A stretch of DNA of 63,619 bases, the filler included, from Folioceros fuciformis (lineage: Eukaryota), in NCBI GenBank assembly GCA_049999805.1. It is 10 parts of 10 records of this genome, joined end to end, with 100 filler letters (N's around TTAATTAATTAA, not from the genome) between each part and the next. Parts side by side here need not be neighbours in the genome. Positions count along the whole stretch, not along the records: positions 30,640 to 47,110 come from JBNGIO010004544.1; positions 47,211 to 53,399 come from JBNGIO010004545.1; 8 more parts are not named here. One strand, 5' to 3'. A program made the translations under genes and the position numbers. Position 1 is the stretch's first letter; every line of letters begins with the position of its first letter. The notes below the pieces were generated by a model. It made no database searches, was not told the DNA's origin, and saw nothing but the letters and a program-made list of their open reading frames with translations. Shown piece after piece: positions 38,105 to 52,072 of this stretch.

Positions 38105-40653
38105 ATGATCGCAGCGCGCTCGCTGGCCATGGCGATGGCGACGAAGCTGCTGCCTTCCGCCGCCGGGGTGACGGCTGCAGCGGCCTCCTCCTCCAGGTTC
38201 TGCTGCACATTGGGTGCCACCCGGGTGCACCATGCGGTACGGTGCCGTGTGGGATTCGGGGTTTCGGCGCCCTCGCCCTCTCTAGCGTTCCCCGTCCTAC
38301 GCCGCCGGGGGGTCTCCACTGTTTCCGCGGCCATGGCACAGGAGCAGCAGGAGCAGCAAGAGCATCAGCACGATTGTGAGGGGCTGGTAGACAACAGGAT
38401 GCCGATCACGGTCATCACGGGTTTTCTGGGGTCGGGGAAGGTGAGCAAGGGGGAGCAGGAACTGGAGGGCGCGTGGTTTTTCTTGTGAAGGGATCGGGTC
38501 TGTTGGTCGGTTGGCTTGACTGCCTCGCACCTGAACGAATTGTGGCTTTGGCGGGATTAATTTTGTAGGAACTTCGAGTGACGATGCCGGAAATGCAATT
38601 CCCCTGCTGCTGTGGGTCGGAAGCATGGCCCACTCTTTGGATTTTGAGCGAGTTCTTTCCTTGCTTGTGCCGCGCAGCGGTGTGACGCCTGGGTGGGGTT
38701 TGTGTGTGTCGCAGACCACGCTGCTGAATCACGTGCTTACGGCGCAACATGGAGTGAAGATTGCGGTTATTGAGAACGAGGTACACAGCACTGGCACGTG
38801 GCTGGGGTTGTTTTTTTTCTCTTGACCGGCGTAGTGGAGAGGTTCTGAGGTGGGTCTTGGTTGTCCATCGATTGAAGTTTGGGGAGGTAGGCATCGACGA
38901 TGCACTTGTCGCCACGGCGGAAGCTGCTGCCGAGGACCTTATTTTGCTCAACAATGGCTGTCTGTGCTGCACTGTTCGGGGTGACCTTGTGCGTATGCTG
39001 GGAGACCTCATGCATAGGAGGAGACAAAAGGAGATAAGCTTCGATCATGTCTTGATCGAGACTACAGGTACGCCTCTTCCCGGAATCCTCAGGCGGGTTT
39101 CAGGGTTATTTTTGTATACTGTTGGCGTGAGACTTGCAATGGAACTTCTACGGTGCAGGACTCGCGAATCCTGCGCCGATCATCCAAACCTTCTACGCGG
39201 ACGAGACGATCTCGCCTGTTGTCAGATTGGACGGAGTTGTCACTATGGTTGATGCCAAGCATGCACAACAGCACATTGAGGAAGTGAAACCAGACGGAGT
39301 TGTAAACGAAGCCGTGGAACAGATTGCCTATGCGGACAGGATCATTCTGAATAAGGTGAGTTTCTCGGAGTACATTGGTGTGCATGGCTTTCGAATCGGG
39401 CTGCATTCCTCGTCCTGTCCATGGCATTCGGACTGGGAAACTTCTCGGTGTACTCCTCTTTCTTCAGAATCGATTGCCGATCTCTTGTTGCATTGTGCAG
39501 ATTGATTTGGTGGAAGAGGCAGACAGGAAGATCCTTGAGGAGCGAATAAGGGTATGTATTTGGACAAGTCACGTTTCCGCAAACTGGCTCTTGTTGTTCA
39601 AAACTTCTGCAATTTAGGGGATATTGAATAGACAACGTTGCGCGTCCTGGACAGACGACTCCAGTACATGTCCTGACGTTTGTTGCCCCTGTTTACCCAG
39701 AAAATCAATGGCATGGCGCAAATTGAAAAGACGAACTATGGGAAAGTGGACGTGAAGTATGTGTTGGGAGTTGGAGGGTTTGACCTCGCAAGGTTGGTTG
39801 TTCACCTGGCTTTCTAGTGTGGCGAATCCCATGACTCCTCGTGTGTAATTTTTCTTCTTGGATAACTGTCTTGGGGACTGTCTCTGCAGAGTTGCAGCTG
39901 ATATTGATGTCGAGGGAGCAGCTGCTGCGGTGAAGGGGGGTCATGGTGAATGCAAGGAGGATCACGTACATGATGAACACTGCGGGCACGGTAGATCAGC
40001 GTGTGCTTTCCCGCTTTGTTTGCACTAGCAATCTGGTGCACGGTATCTTATCTCTGCTTAATGATAGGTCATTCGCATGACCATGGTCATGATCACAAGC
40101 ACGAGCACGGTCATGATCATAGCAAGCACGACCATGTTCATGATCCTGGAGTTTCTTCTGTCAGCATTGTTCGTGAAGGGTACCTCGACCTAGCTAAGGT
40201 TTGCTCCTCTTTTTAATGTATTCCTGACTGCGAGTAGGGTTCCCCCGGTCTCGTGTGCACTCGGAACAGGAATTCCATGAGTATCGTAGGTTTGAAGCAG
40301 TGATGCAGATTGACGTTTTTTTTTGGTGTGCAGCTGAATAGGTGGGTTGAGGCCTTGTTGGAGAATGAAAGTGAAAACATCTACCGAATGAAGGGTGTCT
40401 TGAATATTGAAGGCTTCCCAGAGCGCTATGTATTCCAGGTATGTTGGGATTTTCGCTTCTATTCCTATGTCTTTGTAAACTGTGTCTGATCATCGATATT
40501 GCGCAGGGGGTGCATTCCCTGTTCGAAGGTTGTATTGACCGGGATTGGAAATCGGAGGAGGAGCGAATTAGCAAGATGGTCTTTATTGGGAAGAAGTTAG
40601 ACGCAGAAGCCCTGAAATCTGGGTTTGAGAAATGTCTTGTGGAAGCAAAATAA
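38105..40653 (+). CDS. COG0523/CobW-family G3E GTPase metallochaperone (ZNG1/PTAC17-like), probable plastid transit peptide; 10 exons
   Basis: Exons 38105-38440, 38715-38780, 38878-39067, 39159-39355, 39501-39551, 39701-39792, 39890-39990, 40068-40198, 40334-40438, 40507-40653. Motifs GFLGSGKT, GCLCC, ETTGLANP, NKID, His-rich insert, YRMKG, QGVH. Confidence 0.93.
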
Positions 40654-41059
40654 GACATGTTTCGGGCTTGGTTGGGAACAACTGCGAACAGATTCTTGCA
40701 CACGAGATAGTTGCAAATGAGTATGAGAGTAATTTAGTGGCGTGGAGGTAGGGAGAGAATTATGAGAGTATTGACCCGATTGTATATTTCGACAAAATGT
40801 CTCTGTCGGAATATAATTTTGCTTCTAATCGATACTGTCTTTAACTTAACACCCGTAAGAAAATGCATTGACGGCATCAACAATCATACTTGGCAACATC
40901 TTCACAACAATCGTAAAGTACGCGAAATACCCAATTCCCTCAAATTCCAACGCCTCTACATCCGCGAACACTTTGCTACTCCACCTGTAATCACGTCCAT
41001 TGAATACTCTCACAACGCCACTTCCACGACCAACCTCATCAACGAAAATTACCTGCTCT

Positions 41060-41545
41060 TCAGTGGTGGCCCTGCGAAGCAAACTGCTGCTTCAGTTACC
41101 TGTGGAAATAGCAAGACGTTGGCAGCTCAAAGCGACCAAGTGAAATGGTGGCCGGAAATCGCTTACGTGCTCATCGTGACCATGCCCTTGTCCGTGACCA
41201 TCCCAAGGATGACGCCATCCCTACACACGACGCAATGACCAAGGGATGGAACAATCAGTGTACATCTCTTTGAAACAGACAACGACAAGAAGGGAGATAC
41301 GCACCAGAACAACAGGACCGTCCTGCTTTGCTCTGTAGAGAATCCAAAACCTGAAGAGAAGTTGGTCACTAGAATGAGCAGCATTCACAGACTGTTAGCT
41401 GCACGATACAGGATCCGGTGCAAGAGGCGAACCACATCATCGCACACATGCCCTGCCCAAGGCGAGTGTGCCAGCGACGGGGCGGATGCAAAGTTAACCC
41501 AGCGTGAGAGACATCGTGGCCACCGTGCCCGTGATCACCTGCCAT
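41060..41545 (-). CDS. NDUFB2: NADH dehydrogenase complex I subunit NDUFB2/AGGG
   Basis: Exons 41545-41433, 41350-41305, 41220-41167 and probably 41071-41060: MAGDHGHGG...LTLHPPRRWHTRLGQGMCAMMWFWILYRAKQDGPVVLGWRHPWDGHGQGHGHDEHGHH. Missed by the ORF track; the last exon is inferred. Confidence 0.9.
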
Positions 41546-42034
41546 CGCTCCTGCGTTTGCCCTGCAGGACCCTCGGTCACATACACCGAGTTATATGAAA
41601 ATTAATTCGACAGCGGCAAACGATGGATCGGTACACTCCACAAATTAGGGTTTGAGCAGCTTCGCGAACTTTCATTCCGCTTGCGTGGAAGGCTGCACGT
41701 ATAAAGCCGACCTCCTGGCGTTCCACTCGTTCGCTGCCTGGTGGGATTTTGTTCCTGTCTCCTCCACGAGGGCGTCCCAATACAGTGTCGGTCCTGCAGG
41801 GCGTGGAATTGCCCTTGCCATGTTAAATCTGAACACGGGCGGCGGTACGGTGCCCACCTGCAAAGACCTTAGTCACACTTCTTAATTTCATTGCAGCGTT
41901 GTGCGGTGTTCTCGCCGCTGGCAGCCTTGGGCCAATGGTGATTAGGATACGGCGTTGGGTCTCCAGCGGATCCTTGCGGCCGTGTTCTGGGTTTATCGGG
42001 CTCTGAGATTGGCGAGGCTAGAGCAGTCGAGCAG
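41546..42034. promoter_or_regulatory. Putative bidirectional promoter between NDUFB2 and FtsH4
   Basis: Start codons 490 bp apart, head to head. Telo-box-like TTAGGGTTT at about 41645 and site II-like TGGGCC at about 41928. Confidence 0.5.
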
Positions 42035-44962
42035 ATGGCGTTGCGGCAGCTTCTGGAGCAGGTACGGGGCCTGGGCTACGGTCACTCTGCACCTGTAACT
42101 AGTTCCTGGTCCTTGTCACCAGAATGGCCTCCGAACATTTTTCCTCGCTGGCGTGCTCTGCAGGGCGGCCACGCAGCTAAGCAGATGGCGTCGGCCCAGT
42201 ATTTAATGGCGTCGCTTTCAGGAGCCCGCGCTCAAGCGCTAGGGTTTTTCAGAGCTGGTAAGGTGGCATTTTTTTGTCAGCGCTAGAGATTGCTGCAGGG
42301 AATAACGGTCTCGGTGTAGGAGCTGATTCTGTGGGTTGTCGAGCAGCCGGGTGCCATTCCCAACGACGCCGTTTTTCTAGCTACCTGGGGAATTTCAATC
42401 GAAAATTGGAGCAAGTGGAGAGGGAAATCCATGTAGATGATAAGCAGGCGAATGTTTTGAAGGAGTTGAACAAAATTGACCCCGAAAGTGTGATCAGGTG
42501 GTTTGAGAGTAGACCCATCTCTCAGCATAGTCCTGGAGCTCTCGCCGAATACGTGAAGGCTCTTGTGAAGGTGGATAGACTGGATGAGAGTTCGTTGCTG
42601 AGGACTCTTCGTCGGGGTAAGAAGCTGGTGTCGACTTTCACCATTGGCACCTACCTCCTTTTGGGTCGGCCCCAGAGGTCTCATCTTGTGTTGATGTAGG
42701 GGCTGCGACCTCATCCTCGTACCAAGCGGAACCTGCTGTGAACATGGCGGCTGCCTCTCCAATTCTGGGCGCGGTTGGTATGCAAACAAAAGATGGCGTC
42801 CTAGGCACGGCCAATGCCCCGATTCACATGGTAGCAGCAGAGGGCGGACTTAAAGTACAAGCCTGGCGGACGTTCCGCACCCTCGCTTTGGGATTCCTCT
42901 TGCTCTCTGGGGTTGGAGCTCTCATTGAAGATAGAGGCATCGGCAAGGGTAAGCTTTTTACACTCACTTGTTTTTCGCGAGAGGGAGGGTGTACAGCCAT
43001 CGGGGTCTTGCCTGAACGCATCATCCCATGTCCAGCAAATTAATTTTAGCGTGTAAACCCTAAAGGCTGGGTGATTTGTACCTGTGGTCTGAAGATAACA
43101 GACGAACGGGTGGGATTCAGCTCCAGCTTGAAGTACATACATGGATGTTGTATAAATTGTGCTCTGGCATTGCCCACTGTTTAGGATGTGGCAGATGAAG
43201 CCCGGCGCAAGAATGATTTGTAGCTACGGAGATTCAGACGTTGCACTCATTCAAATGGTTTTATTGCAGGGCTGGGCTTGAATGAAGAGGTACAGCCAAG
43301 CATGGAATCCAGCACCAAGTTCAGTGATGTGAAGGGTGTGGATGAGGCAAAGGCTGAGCTCGAGGAAATTGTACATTACCTACGAGACCCAAAGGTTGTC
43401 ACATCTCTGCATGTTCTTCCGCTTTTGCTGCTGACGAGCAGGTCTAACTCACGTGGGATATTTTTGGTTGTACAGCGTTTCACTAGGCTTGGGGGCAAGC
43501 TTCCTAAAGGTGTGCTACTAGTAGGCCCGCCTGGGACAGGGAAAACCATGTTGGCACGAGCGATTGCAGGGGAAGCTGGAGTTCCTTTCTTTTACTGCAG
43601 TGGCAGCGAATTTGAAGAGATGTTTGTGGGTGTGGGAGCTAGGAGGGTGCGGGATTTGTTTGCCGCCGCAAAGAAGAGGTCGCCTTGCATCATATTCATG
43701 GACGAGATTGACGCTATTGGAGGAAGTAGGAACCCTAAAGATCAGCAGTATATGAAGATGACACTGAACCAGTTGCTTGTGGAGTTGGATGGGTTCAAGC
43801 AAAACGAGGGAATTATTGTGATTGCTGCGACCAACTTTCCAGAATCTTTGGATAAAGCCCTCATAAGGCCTGGTCGATTTGACCGCCACGTGGTTGTTCC
43901 CAATCCTGACGTGGAAGGAAGGCGCCAGATCCTGGATGTCCACATGACTAAGGTAAGTACTCTGAAACTCTATCGATTGTGAGTATTACTCGTCTCAGGA
44001 ATTGTGGTCTTCTGATGGTCATTATTGTCGTAATTGTGCAGGTCCCGAAGGCAGACGACGTGGATCTCACCATCATTGCAAGGGGCACTCCTGGGTTCTC
44101 TGGCGCAGATCTTGCAAATCTGGTGAATGTAGCTGCATTGAAGGCTGCGATGGATGACAAAAAGAATGTCTCCCTTTTTGACCTAGAATTTGCAAAGGAT
44201 AAGATAATGATGGGCAGTGAACGGAAGTCTGCTGTGATTTCGGAGGAATCCAGGCGACTCACTGCTTACCATGAAAGTGGCCATGCTCTTGTGGCTCTGC
44301 ACACTGATGGTGCTCTTCCAGTGCACAAGGCCACTATTGTTCCAAGGGGGATGGCTTTGGGGATGGTTTCTCAGTTGCCTGATAAGGATGAAACGAGTCA
44401 TTCGCGAAGGCAAATGTTAGCACGTTTGGATGTGTGCATGGGAGGTCGTGTTGCTGAAGAGCTCATCTTCGGGGAGGGTGAGGTTACATCTGGGGCATCT
44501 TCAGATATTGTATCAGCAACCCGGCTGGCAAGGGAAATGGTTACAAAGTATGGAATGAGCAAGGCTGTGGGAGTAGTTGCTCATAATTACGACGATGATG
44601 GTAAGAGCATGAGCACTGAGACTAGGTCACTTGTGGAGAATGAAGTTAAGGAATTATTGCAAACGGCTTATGAGAATGCCAAGCACATTCTGTGTACGCA
44701 TCAGAGAGAACTCCATGCCCTAGCAAAAGCGCTTCTGGAACATGAGACCATGACGGGGGCAGAAATTAAAGGTCTGCTTGCTGAGGTGAATGCAAAGCAC
44801 GCTGCGAAATCAGCCATCCTGCCAACTCCTGCCGTCGCTCCAGCTGTTGCTCCTTCAGCGGCAGTCTCTGCTGCCGGTGCAGCCGCAGCGGCAGCAGCGG
44901 CGGCGGCGGCGGCGAAGGCCAAGAGTGTTGCTCAGCCTGCTTCCCAGCCTGCTGGCACTTGA
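42035..44962 (+). CDS. FTSH4: Mitochondrial i-AAA zinc metalloprotease FtsH4 (YME1-like); 7 exons
   Basis: Exons 42035-42061, 42164-42257, 42347-42616, 42700-42948, 43270-43394, 43476-43952, 44042-44962. Motifs [26 protein letters not shown]; Ala-rich tail. Confidence 0.95.
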
Positions 44963-45328
44963 TGCTAGTTCCAAGAACCTCCGTGGACTGTTTATTTCCC
45001 ACGTATTTTCAGGAAGGCTAGCGTGGTTGGCCAGGGTGTATTACGTCCTGTGCGTTGTTTCAGCGGAGCTTGAGAGACAATCGCGTGGAATGCGAAGACC
45101 AACTACAACCGAGCCCAGGTGACTGGAGTTCGTCTAATTCATTGTCTCAGGCTCAAGGCATTGTTCACGGAGGTGAATGATGCTGGAGTCTTTCGGTAAA
45201 TGTAGGTCCTCCTACGACTACTGGATTGTTGCCGGCAGATGTACATGGTAGAAGCAACTACTTTCAGTATTTGTCGAGGTCTGGTTACTTAGCTATAGCG
45301 TTAGGCTTGCTGACGACTCTCGTGTTTG

Positions 45329-47110
45329 TCACCGAGGGGAAACTTTTAAGAGGCCAAGTTGTCCGATAGTCGATGTCCTCTTTACGCCATTTGTATCTTC
45401 CCTGTGTTTTGTGTGGCCATGGTTTTTGCCGTGTGGCCCATCCAGCACAAGCGTCTTCAACAAGGCTTTTCTTGAAGATATGACTGCCAACAACCCAGCT
45501 ACACTTTCCAAGTTCATTGCAACAGCAGGTACGCTATACGCTTCAGAGGTGCGGCACGTCGTACTGTACAGGAAGTGGCTTGCATCTCTTAATGTATTAA
45601 GAACCTACTCTTCTAGAGTCACGAAAGCTCTTAATAGATTAAGAGAGCTTACTCGTGTGTCACACGTCATAGGTCGAGATGTGAGCCTGTGGTCTAACTC
45701 CATATGGGTGCTCGTGGAAGGAGGTGAGCAATCCAGGTCTGATGGTGTCGTCGGTTGCTAGCATCATCACCAACTCCTCCATCTCTTTCATGCTTAGCTG
45801 GTTGCTTCCTCCTGCGGAAGCGTAAAAGTGTCAGTGGAGTAGATGAGTAAATCACCAGAACAGGGTGAGGTGAACCTGGTTACCATGTGCAGAGAGATCC
45901 TCTTGAGCGTCAACATCGGTTGGCTGTTCGGTGTCTGTCAAAAACGATGTCTGAGAGAAAACACTGTTGGACATGTCTAGGGGCAGGGTCGGAGTGGTCG
46001 AGGTCGATGAGGTTACTGTAGAATTTGAGTTCCCACTTCCGTCACATGTTGGGGTTGGTGTTCGTGCAAGCAGCCAACCCATAACCTCGTCCATGTCGAC
46101 CTGCCAGTCTCGTCGGACCCAAATCAGTGTCGGCAAAAACTTGTCTTGTCGGATCGAGACAGCGCCAAGGCCGTGTAAAGCGTGCGTGACAAACCACTGA
46201 AACCAAGTAACTCGTGTGTGGATTGCAGGTAGGAGACGCTCACCTCCTGTAGATGCGAGGAGTCGGAAATGTTAATGGTGGCTAGGGGATTTCGAGGTCC
46301 ACCAACATCTGCATCAAACACGAGACATTAATTTGTGATACTTCCACAGACTACATTAAGTTGCAGAGGTTTCATTTGCCAAAATTCCGATAGGAATAAA
46401 CATGCATACATTTGCGAGAGGGATCGCATTCCCCGGGGATTTCGATCGACAAACCAAGCCCGGGTCGTCCGCACGACGTTTTGACTGTGGGCAGATCTGA
46501 GGTGATGGTGTTATTTCTGCAGACCACAATAACAGTATCAGCTATGGCTCCTAGTGGCGTGGTGTGGAAGGTTTGACGGGTTTTGACACCCTGTAAAACT
46601 CAAAAATGTGAAAGTGTTCAAAACTGTGGTGGTTTCTACGCTGTGTCATGATACGCTTTGGGTGGTTGGGTGCCTTGTGAGTTCATCATTTGCTTAACCC
46701 ACCTGTCCTTGCTTCTTGTGAGTTTCCTCGACCTCTTCATGTCTCTTTCGTCTGTTACTTCAAGGGTGGCCATGGCGTTTTCTGTGAAGGACTTGGCCGA
46801 GCGGTGTGAACGCTTTTTGCACAGAGCGTTATACCGATTTTTCACAGCATTATCTGTCCTGCAAATTGTATGTATAGGTTAGCCCTGACTCAAGAAATCG
46901 TGACGACGGAAAACTCGTGTTGCTCTGGACAGGTGCTAACCTGCCTGGAACCATTTTGGCTATTTCAGTCCAACGATTTCCAAATGCATTATGTCCCTGA
47001 ATGAGATGTTTCACTTTAGAACAGCCCAAGGTCACGGAGCCGGGACGGGAATGGGGTAGAACGAGATGCTCTGAACCGTCACCTCAAGCAAGAGATGGTC
47101 TTCCTCAGCA
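45329..47110 (-). CDS. R2R3-MYB, MYB88/FLP-like; 5' end lost at scaffold break
   Basis: EEDHLLLE|GHNAFGNRWTEIAKMVPGR|TDNAVKNRYNALCKKR. Downstream exon boundaries and stop are uncertain. Confidence 0.75.
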
Positions 47111-48794
47111 NNNNNNNNNNNNNNNNNNNNNNNNNNNNNNNNNNNNNNNNNNNNTTAATTAATTAANNNNNNNNNNNNNNNNNNNNNNNNNNNNNNNNNN
47201 NNNNNNNNNNTTCATGGGTGGTAACATGGCTCGCATGTGTTGGTGGTTCGGGGGAGGGGGCGAACAGGTTGCGAATGGTGAGCGACTGGGGAAGCCCGGC
47301 ATGTGCTGTGATTGAGGCCTATGGTTGTTGAAGATGTTGGGAGAAGTGCTTGTATGTGGGACAACTGCAAGTGCCAAATGGGCTACGTGAAGGGTGCCCG
47401 TGAGAAGGGTTGTCCGAAGTCTGGCCGTGAAAGGGTGCTGAACAATTGTTGACGGATCATGACAGTGGTTGCGCGTGAGCCCAATCTTGGAGTCCATCGA
47501 TGTGGCTGGTTTGGGCATGTGTGGGAACGTCGTGAGGCAACTGTGTGGAATGTGACGTCCAGAAGGTCTGTCTGGCTGTGTGTGTTCTTGTGGGGTGTAA
47601 GTAATAACTCTAAATCGCTACTCGAAAATTCTACGTAGAACCCACGGAGAAGTATCTGAACCACGCGTATTAGTTAGAAGTTGAAGGTGGGACCCACCTT
47701 GGCAGTAGAATCGACTACTGGTTGTGGGGCCCCCACCGGTAGTCAAAAGATCGGAAGTTGTAGGTACCCCTACCCCGGTAGAGGAGAGATTCCTGGGGGT
47801 TGTAGGTTGGGCTGAGGTAGTTAAGTCGCCTGGGGGTAGTGGTAGTGGAACCGGTAGGTAGAAGAACTAGAGGTAGATGAAGTCCGACCTAGGTAGAAGC
47901 TGACTTTTAGAAGAAACCTATGTTATTTGGCACAAATCATTCCCTTGGGATTGAATCCCACGGCTACAATAACATAGAGGGTTTGTGTGGACCTCGCGGT
48001 ACCCCCGAGTACAATATTTTCCCTCACACACATTCTGCAATAGCACTTTGTCCATGGCAACAAAGTTGTCCACTTCTTTTAAAGCTTTGTGCTCAAGTCT
48101 TGAATCTTCAACGTCCTCATGGTCTGCTGTCGATTGTGGAATGCAGGTTTTTGGCAAGTACCTGCAGTAGGTTGGGAGCGGCTAATAACATTTTTAGTTT
48201 TGTTTGGTCTTGGTTTGGTAGGTTAGATGAGTGGAAATAATAAGGGGTAGTATTGTAAAGAAGTTACCTTCTTTGGGATGGCTACCTCTAGGGAAGTATG
48301 CCCACGTAGAGAGGATATCTTTGTGGGAGGTAGTACCTAAATAAGAAATATAGCTGTGAAGGGCAAGCTACCTACATAAAAGGGGACACCTATGTAGGGT
48401 ATTTATTAAGGGCAGTTACTACATATAGAAGTATACCTATGACAAGAGGGTATTTAAAGGGGTCTCTACCTAAGGTGTCCCATCAACAAAGGTGCTCACC
48501 TCCACGTAGGGAGCTACATCTACCTACATAGCGGGGAACAAGGAAGTACCTGTGTGACAAGACACCTACACCGGGGACCTACTTGTTGTGACCAAGCGGA
48601 CTCAAAGCGAGAGAAAGGGCTTTGCTATGGTGAGAGCCATAGGGAGGAACGGTGCAGGGGACGTGAAACCAGCTGGATAGAAGCTAAGAGCAGTTGCCTA
48701 CGGAGGTAGGGGTATAAACTTGCGTAAAGGAGGGCAATCGACCTTCCTGGGTTTTGTTCCATCAATTATGGTGCGGACCTCCAACAACACTTAG

Positions 48795-50950
48795 GTGGGT
48801 TCCCGCAATAGGGGACGACCCACAAGAGCAGCCAGCTCTCCCCGAACCAATGTTCCGTCCTTTTCCTTCTTTGGGGGCCAACTGAACTCAAGGGATTTGA
48901 TAGACCTACGGACTTCGGCATGTGACGCAAACATCCAGCTTGACTGGATATATGGCAGACACTGGTCGTATGTTCATGAAGGCTTGGTGAAGGAGTGCTA
49001 TACCAACCTACAGCAATCGAAGGAGAAGTTGGAAGCCCTACTTGAACGAAACGTGAGGACTGACCCTCGGTGTTAGATTGTCCAGAGCATTCGACAGGTG
49101 TACGGTAGGTCGGAAGAGGAGAGCGATGGTATTGGGATCCTGAATAAAACCATAGATGGGCGGAGGTCACCCAGCACCAACTACCATCTGGGGCACTAGA
49201 ATTGCTGTTGGGAGGGGAGCTAGCAAGAACCAAGAACAAGTGAAGGACTGAGAGGATGAAGGAGCTCAAATGGTGGTTGTTCACTAAGGTGGTTCTTGGA
49301 TTGGTGAACTATCAATGCACCTCATATTTCAGCAATGTTTTCCTCCACTTCCTTTGGAGAGTGACTCAAGGAGCAAAGCCAGACTGGGGGTTAATTATGT
49401 ATGAGGCGTATACCTACCACAGAGAGAAGTTGCTCAAGCCGAACGGTAGGGAGGGGGGGAGTGCACGTCCCGGCTACCTCTCGACTTACTTGGTGCACTT
49501 ATGGAAGACAGAAGGGTTGTTAACACAAGAGGAGTTGGAGGAGGCGGAACAACCTTTTGTAGTTTGTCCTGTTGTAGGGGGAGGCTTTTATTTCCGGTGG
49601 AGTGTCGACCCCTCTTACAGATGAGGAGTCCCCACTTGATTCCGAATCAGGCATGACAGCCTATGATGAGTCTGATGAAGATGACACCTCGTTGATACGG
49701 AGACCTAGGGAGCAGCAAAGGGATCGAAGGCTACCATAAGTCACCACCCTTGCAGCCCCAACTGAGATGGAGACAGTGAGGAATCCTGGACCAACCAAGC
49801 CAATAGTTGAAGTAGGGTACCAGGTAGGGGATTTTGCAATGACACCAGTAGTGCAAGCACATAGTGGAGCACCAGATTTGGGGAGAAAGAGCCCAATGAA
49901 TTGGAAGGCAGCCCGGGGAGCACACGCCACAAGCGAAGGTAACGACACTTCGTTGGGAGTGTGGAGCAACATCATTCGGTGTGGCGAACAGCTACATCAA
50001 TTGGGGAGAGGCCCGTGCAATGATTGCAACCCTACTACAGGAGGACATAAGTCGGGATGCAAACCAGGCACGGCTAGAATCTAAAGTGCAGGAATTGGAA
50101 AAGGAGCGAGAACAGTATCTCCTCAAGGATGGTGAGCAAAGGCAAGGACTAGAGAAGTTGACCNNNNNNNNNNNNNNNNNNNNNNNNNNNNNNNNNNNNN
50201 NNNNNNNNNNNNNNNNNNNNNNNNNNNNNNNNNNNNNNNNNNNNNNNNNNNNNNNNNNNNNNNCGAAGGGACCTCGCCCAGTCTGAGGAAACTAGGAAGG
50301 TGGTGGAGGAACAGCTACGGGAACAAGTCTACTTTGCAAATGATTTACAAGGCAAGCTAGATGAGTTGGAGGCACAAAATGCTAAAGCGAACTAGGGACT
50401 CCAGCAACACCTTGAAGCAGGGCAACGAGAGCGAGTGGAGAGGGAACAATTGACCATCTAATTAGAAGACCTTCGGCAGGAGAAAGCACAACGAGAAGTT
50501 GAGCACCAGACTAAGATTCACATGATGCTGGTGGTTCGAGCTCGTAGGTTTTGTGCTAACTATGCCTAGTTGATGGGGTGCATGACCAAGCTTCATGCAA
50601 CTCATCAAGAAAACCTTGACCTACAGTTGAAGGTAGGGGCAATGGAGGCTGAACGGGATATCTACAAGAGTAGATGCGAGGATGGGAATTGGGTTGTTGA
50701 CATGGATACCATAGATCTAACTCAACAGAATTGCAACCTCCACCTACACCAACGTCTACTCGGTCATCACAAGGAACTGGTAGCATTGGCAAGGCAAATG
50801 TATCTTGGGCCACATGATGACGATCGTGAGGCCCTGGAGACAATGCCCCTACCAACATACTTTCAGGAGGACAGCAGTATGGACCTGGAGAACTCGCAAT
50901 GGGAACCTGAGGAGCTGCTATGGGCTAGGAAGAGCAAGCAACAAGGGGTA
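48795..50950 (+). mobile_element. Degraded additional ORF of an LTR retroelement, homologous to 3470-5979
   Basis: IRQVYGRSEEE...GAKPDWGLIMY...YLSTYLVHLW, then a coiled coil. Stops and frameshifts. Confidence 0.6.
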
Positions 50951-52072
50951 CCTACTCCCGTAGGGAACCTACCTACGAGAGGAGGAGTAGGGAACCTACC
51001 TACGTAGGGAAGGAGCCTCAAATTGAGGAACAAGGGGATCCCTCCCCTACGTAGGTAGGTTCCCTACCCCTCCTCTTGTAGGTAGGTTCCCTACGGAAGT
51101 AGGTATGCATAGTTAAAGCTAGCCGCGGCTAGTGGTAGGTAGGAAGCCGTTTGCCATCCTATATAAGTAGAACGAAAAACTTGTAGCCCCCGTTCTTTGA
51201 TTATAAGTGTTTCGTGACGAATAAAGAACCAATTTTCGTAAGCCTGCGTGGACATCCTGGCGGAAGGGGGAGCTGCGAGTGCCCTTTCTATTGCTGATTG
51301 CAAAGGTTCTTGTGATGTCTAGTTGGGAGTCTTGAATGTAGGGAAACGCGAAGTTGGATCGTGTAGAAGGTGTTGTGAGGAGACTTGTGGGGAAAGGTGC
51401 TGGGTATAGGTAGTTGGAAGTTGGTAAGGGGAGGTACTGGGGCCCTTCCAAGTGAACGAATGGAGCCTTCCTACTGACTGGACGTGCTGAAGGTACGCGA
51501 GAAAGGTTGAAGGTCGTAGGCAAATGATAAACAAAGTTAGAGGGAGCGGAGTAGGCTCAGAGGAAAACTTGTTGGTCGCTGGGCGTAGGGAGACAGCAGC
51601 TAGATTGTCGGTAGAGGAAGGTGTTGTAGGGAGCCTTGTGAGGAAAAGGTATTGAGTGTAGGGAGGTAGAAATCGGTAGGGGAGGTACTAGGGCCCTTCC
51701 CTTCCAAGTGAAGGAATGGTGCCTACCTACTGACAGGATGTGTTGCAGGATTGGTAGGAACGTGATTGGAAGGTAGAAATCAGTAGGGGAGGTACTGGGG
51801 CCCTTCCAAGTGAAGGAATGGTGCCTACNNNNNNNNNNNNNNNNNNNNNNNNNNNNNNNNNNNNNNNNNNNNNNNNNNNNNNNNNNNNNNNNNNNNNNNN
51901 NNNNNNNNNNNNNNNNNNNNNNNNNNNNGGCCCTTCCAAGTGAAGGAATGGTGCCTACCTACTGACGGGACGTGTGGTAGGATTGGTAGGTACGTGGTTG
52001 GGAGAGTTGACTATTGTAGGGGAGCGATAGACGTTACTGACCAGGCTTAGAGGGGAGCGATTCCGGGGAAGC

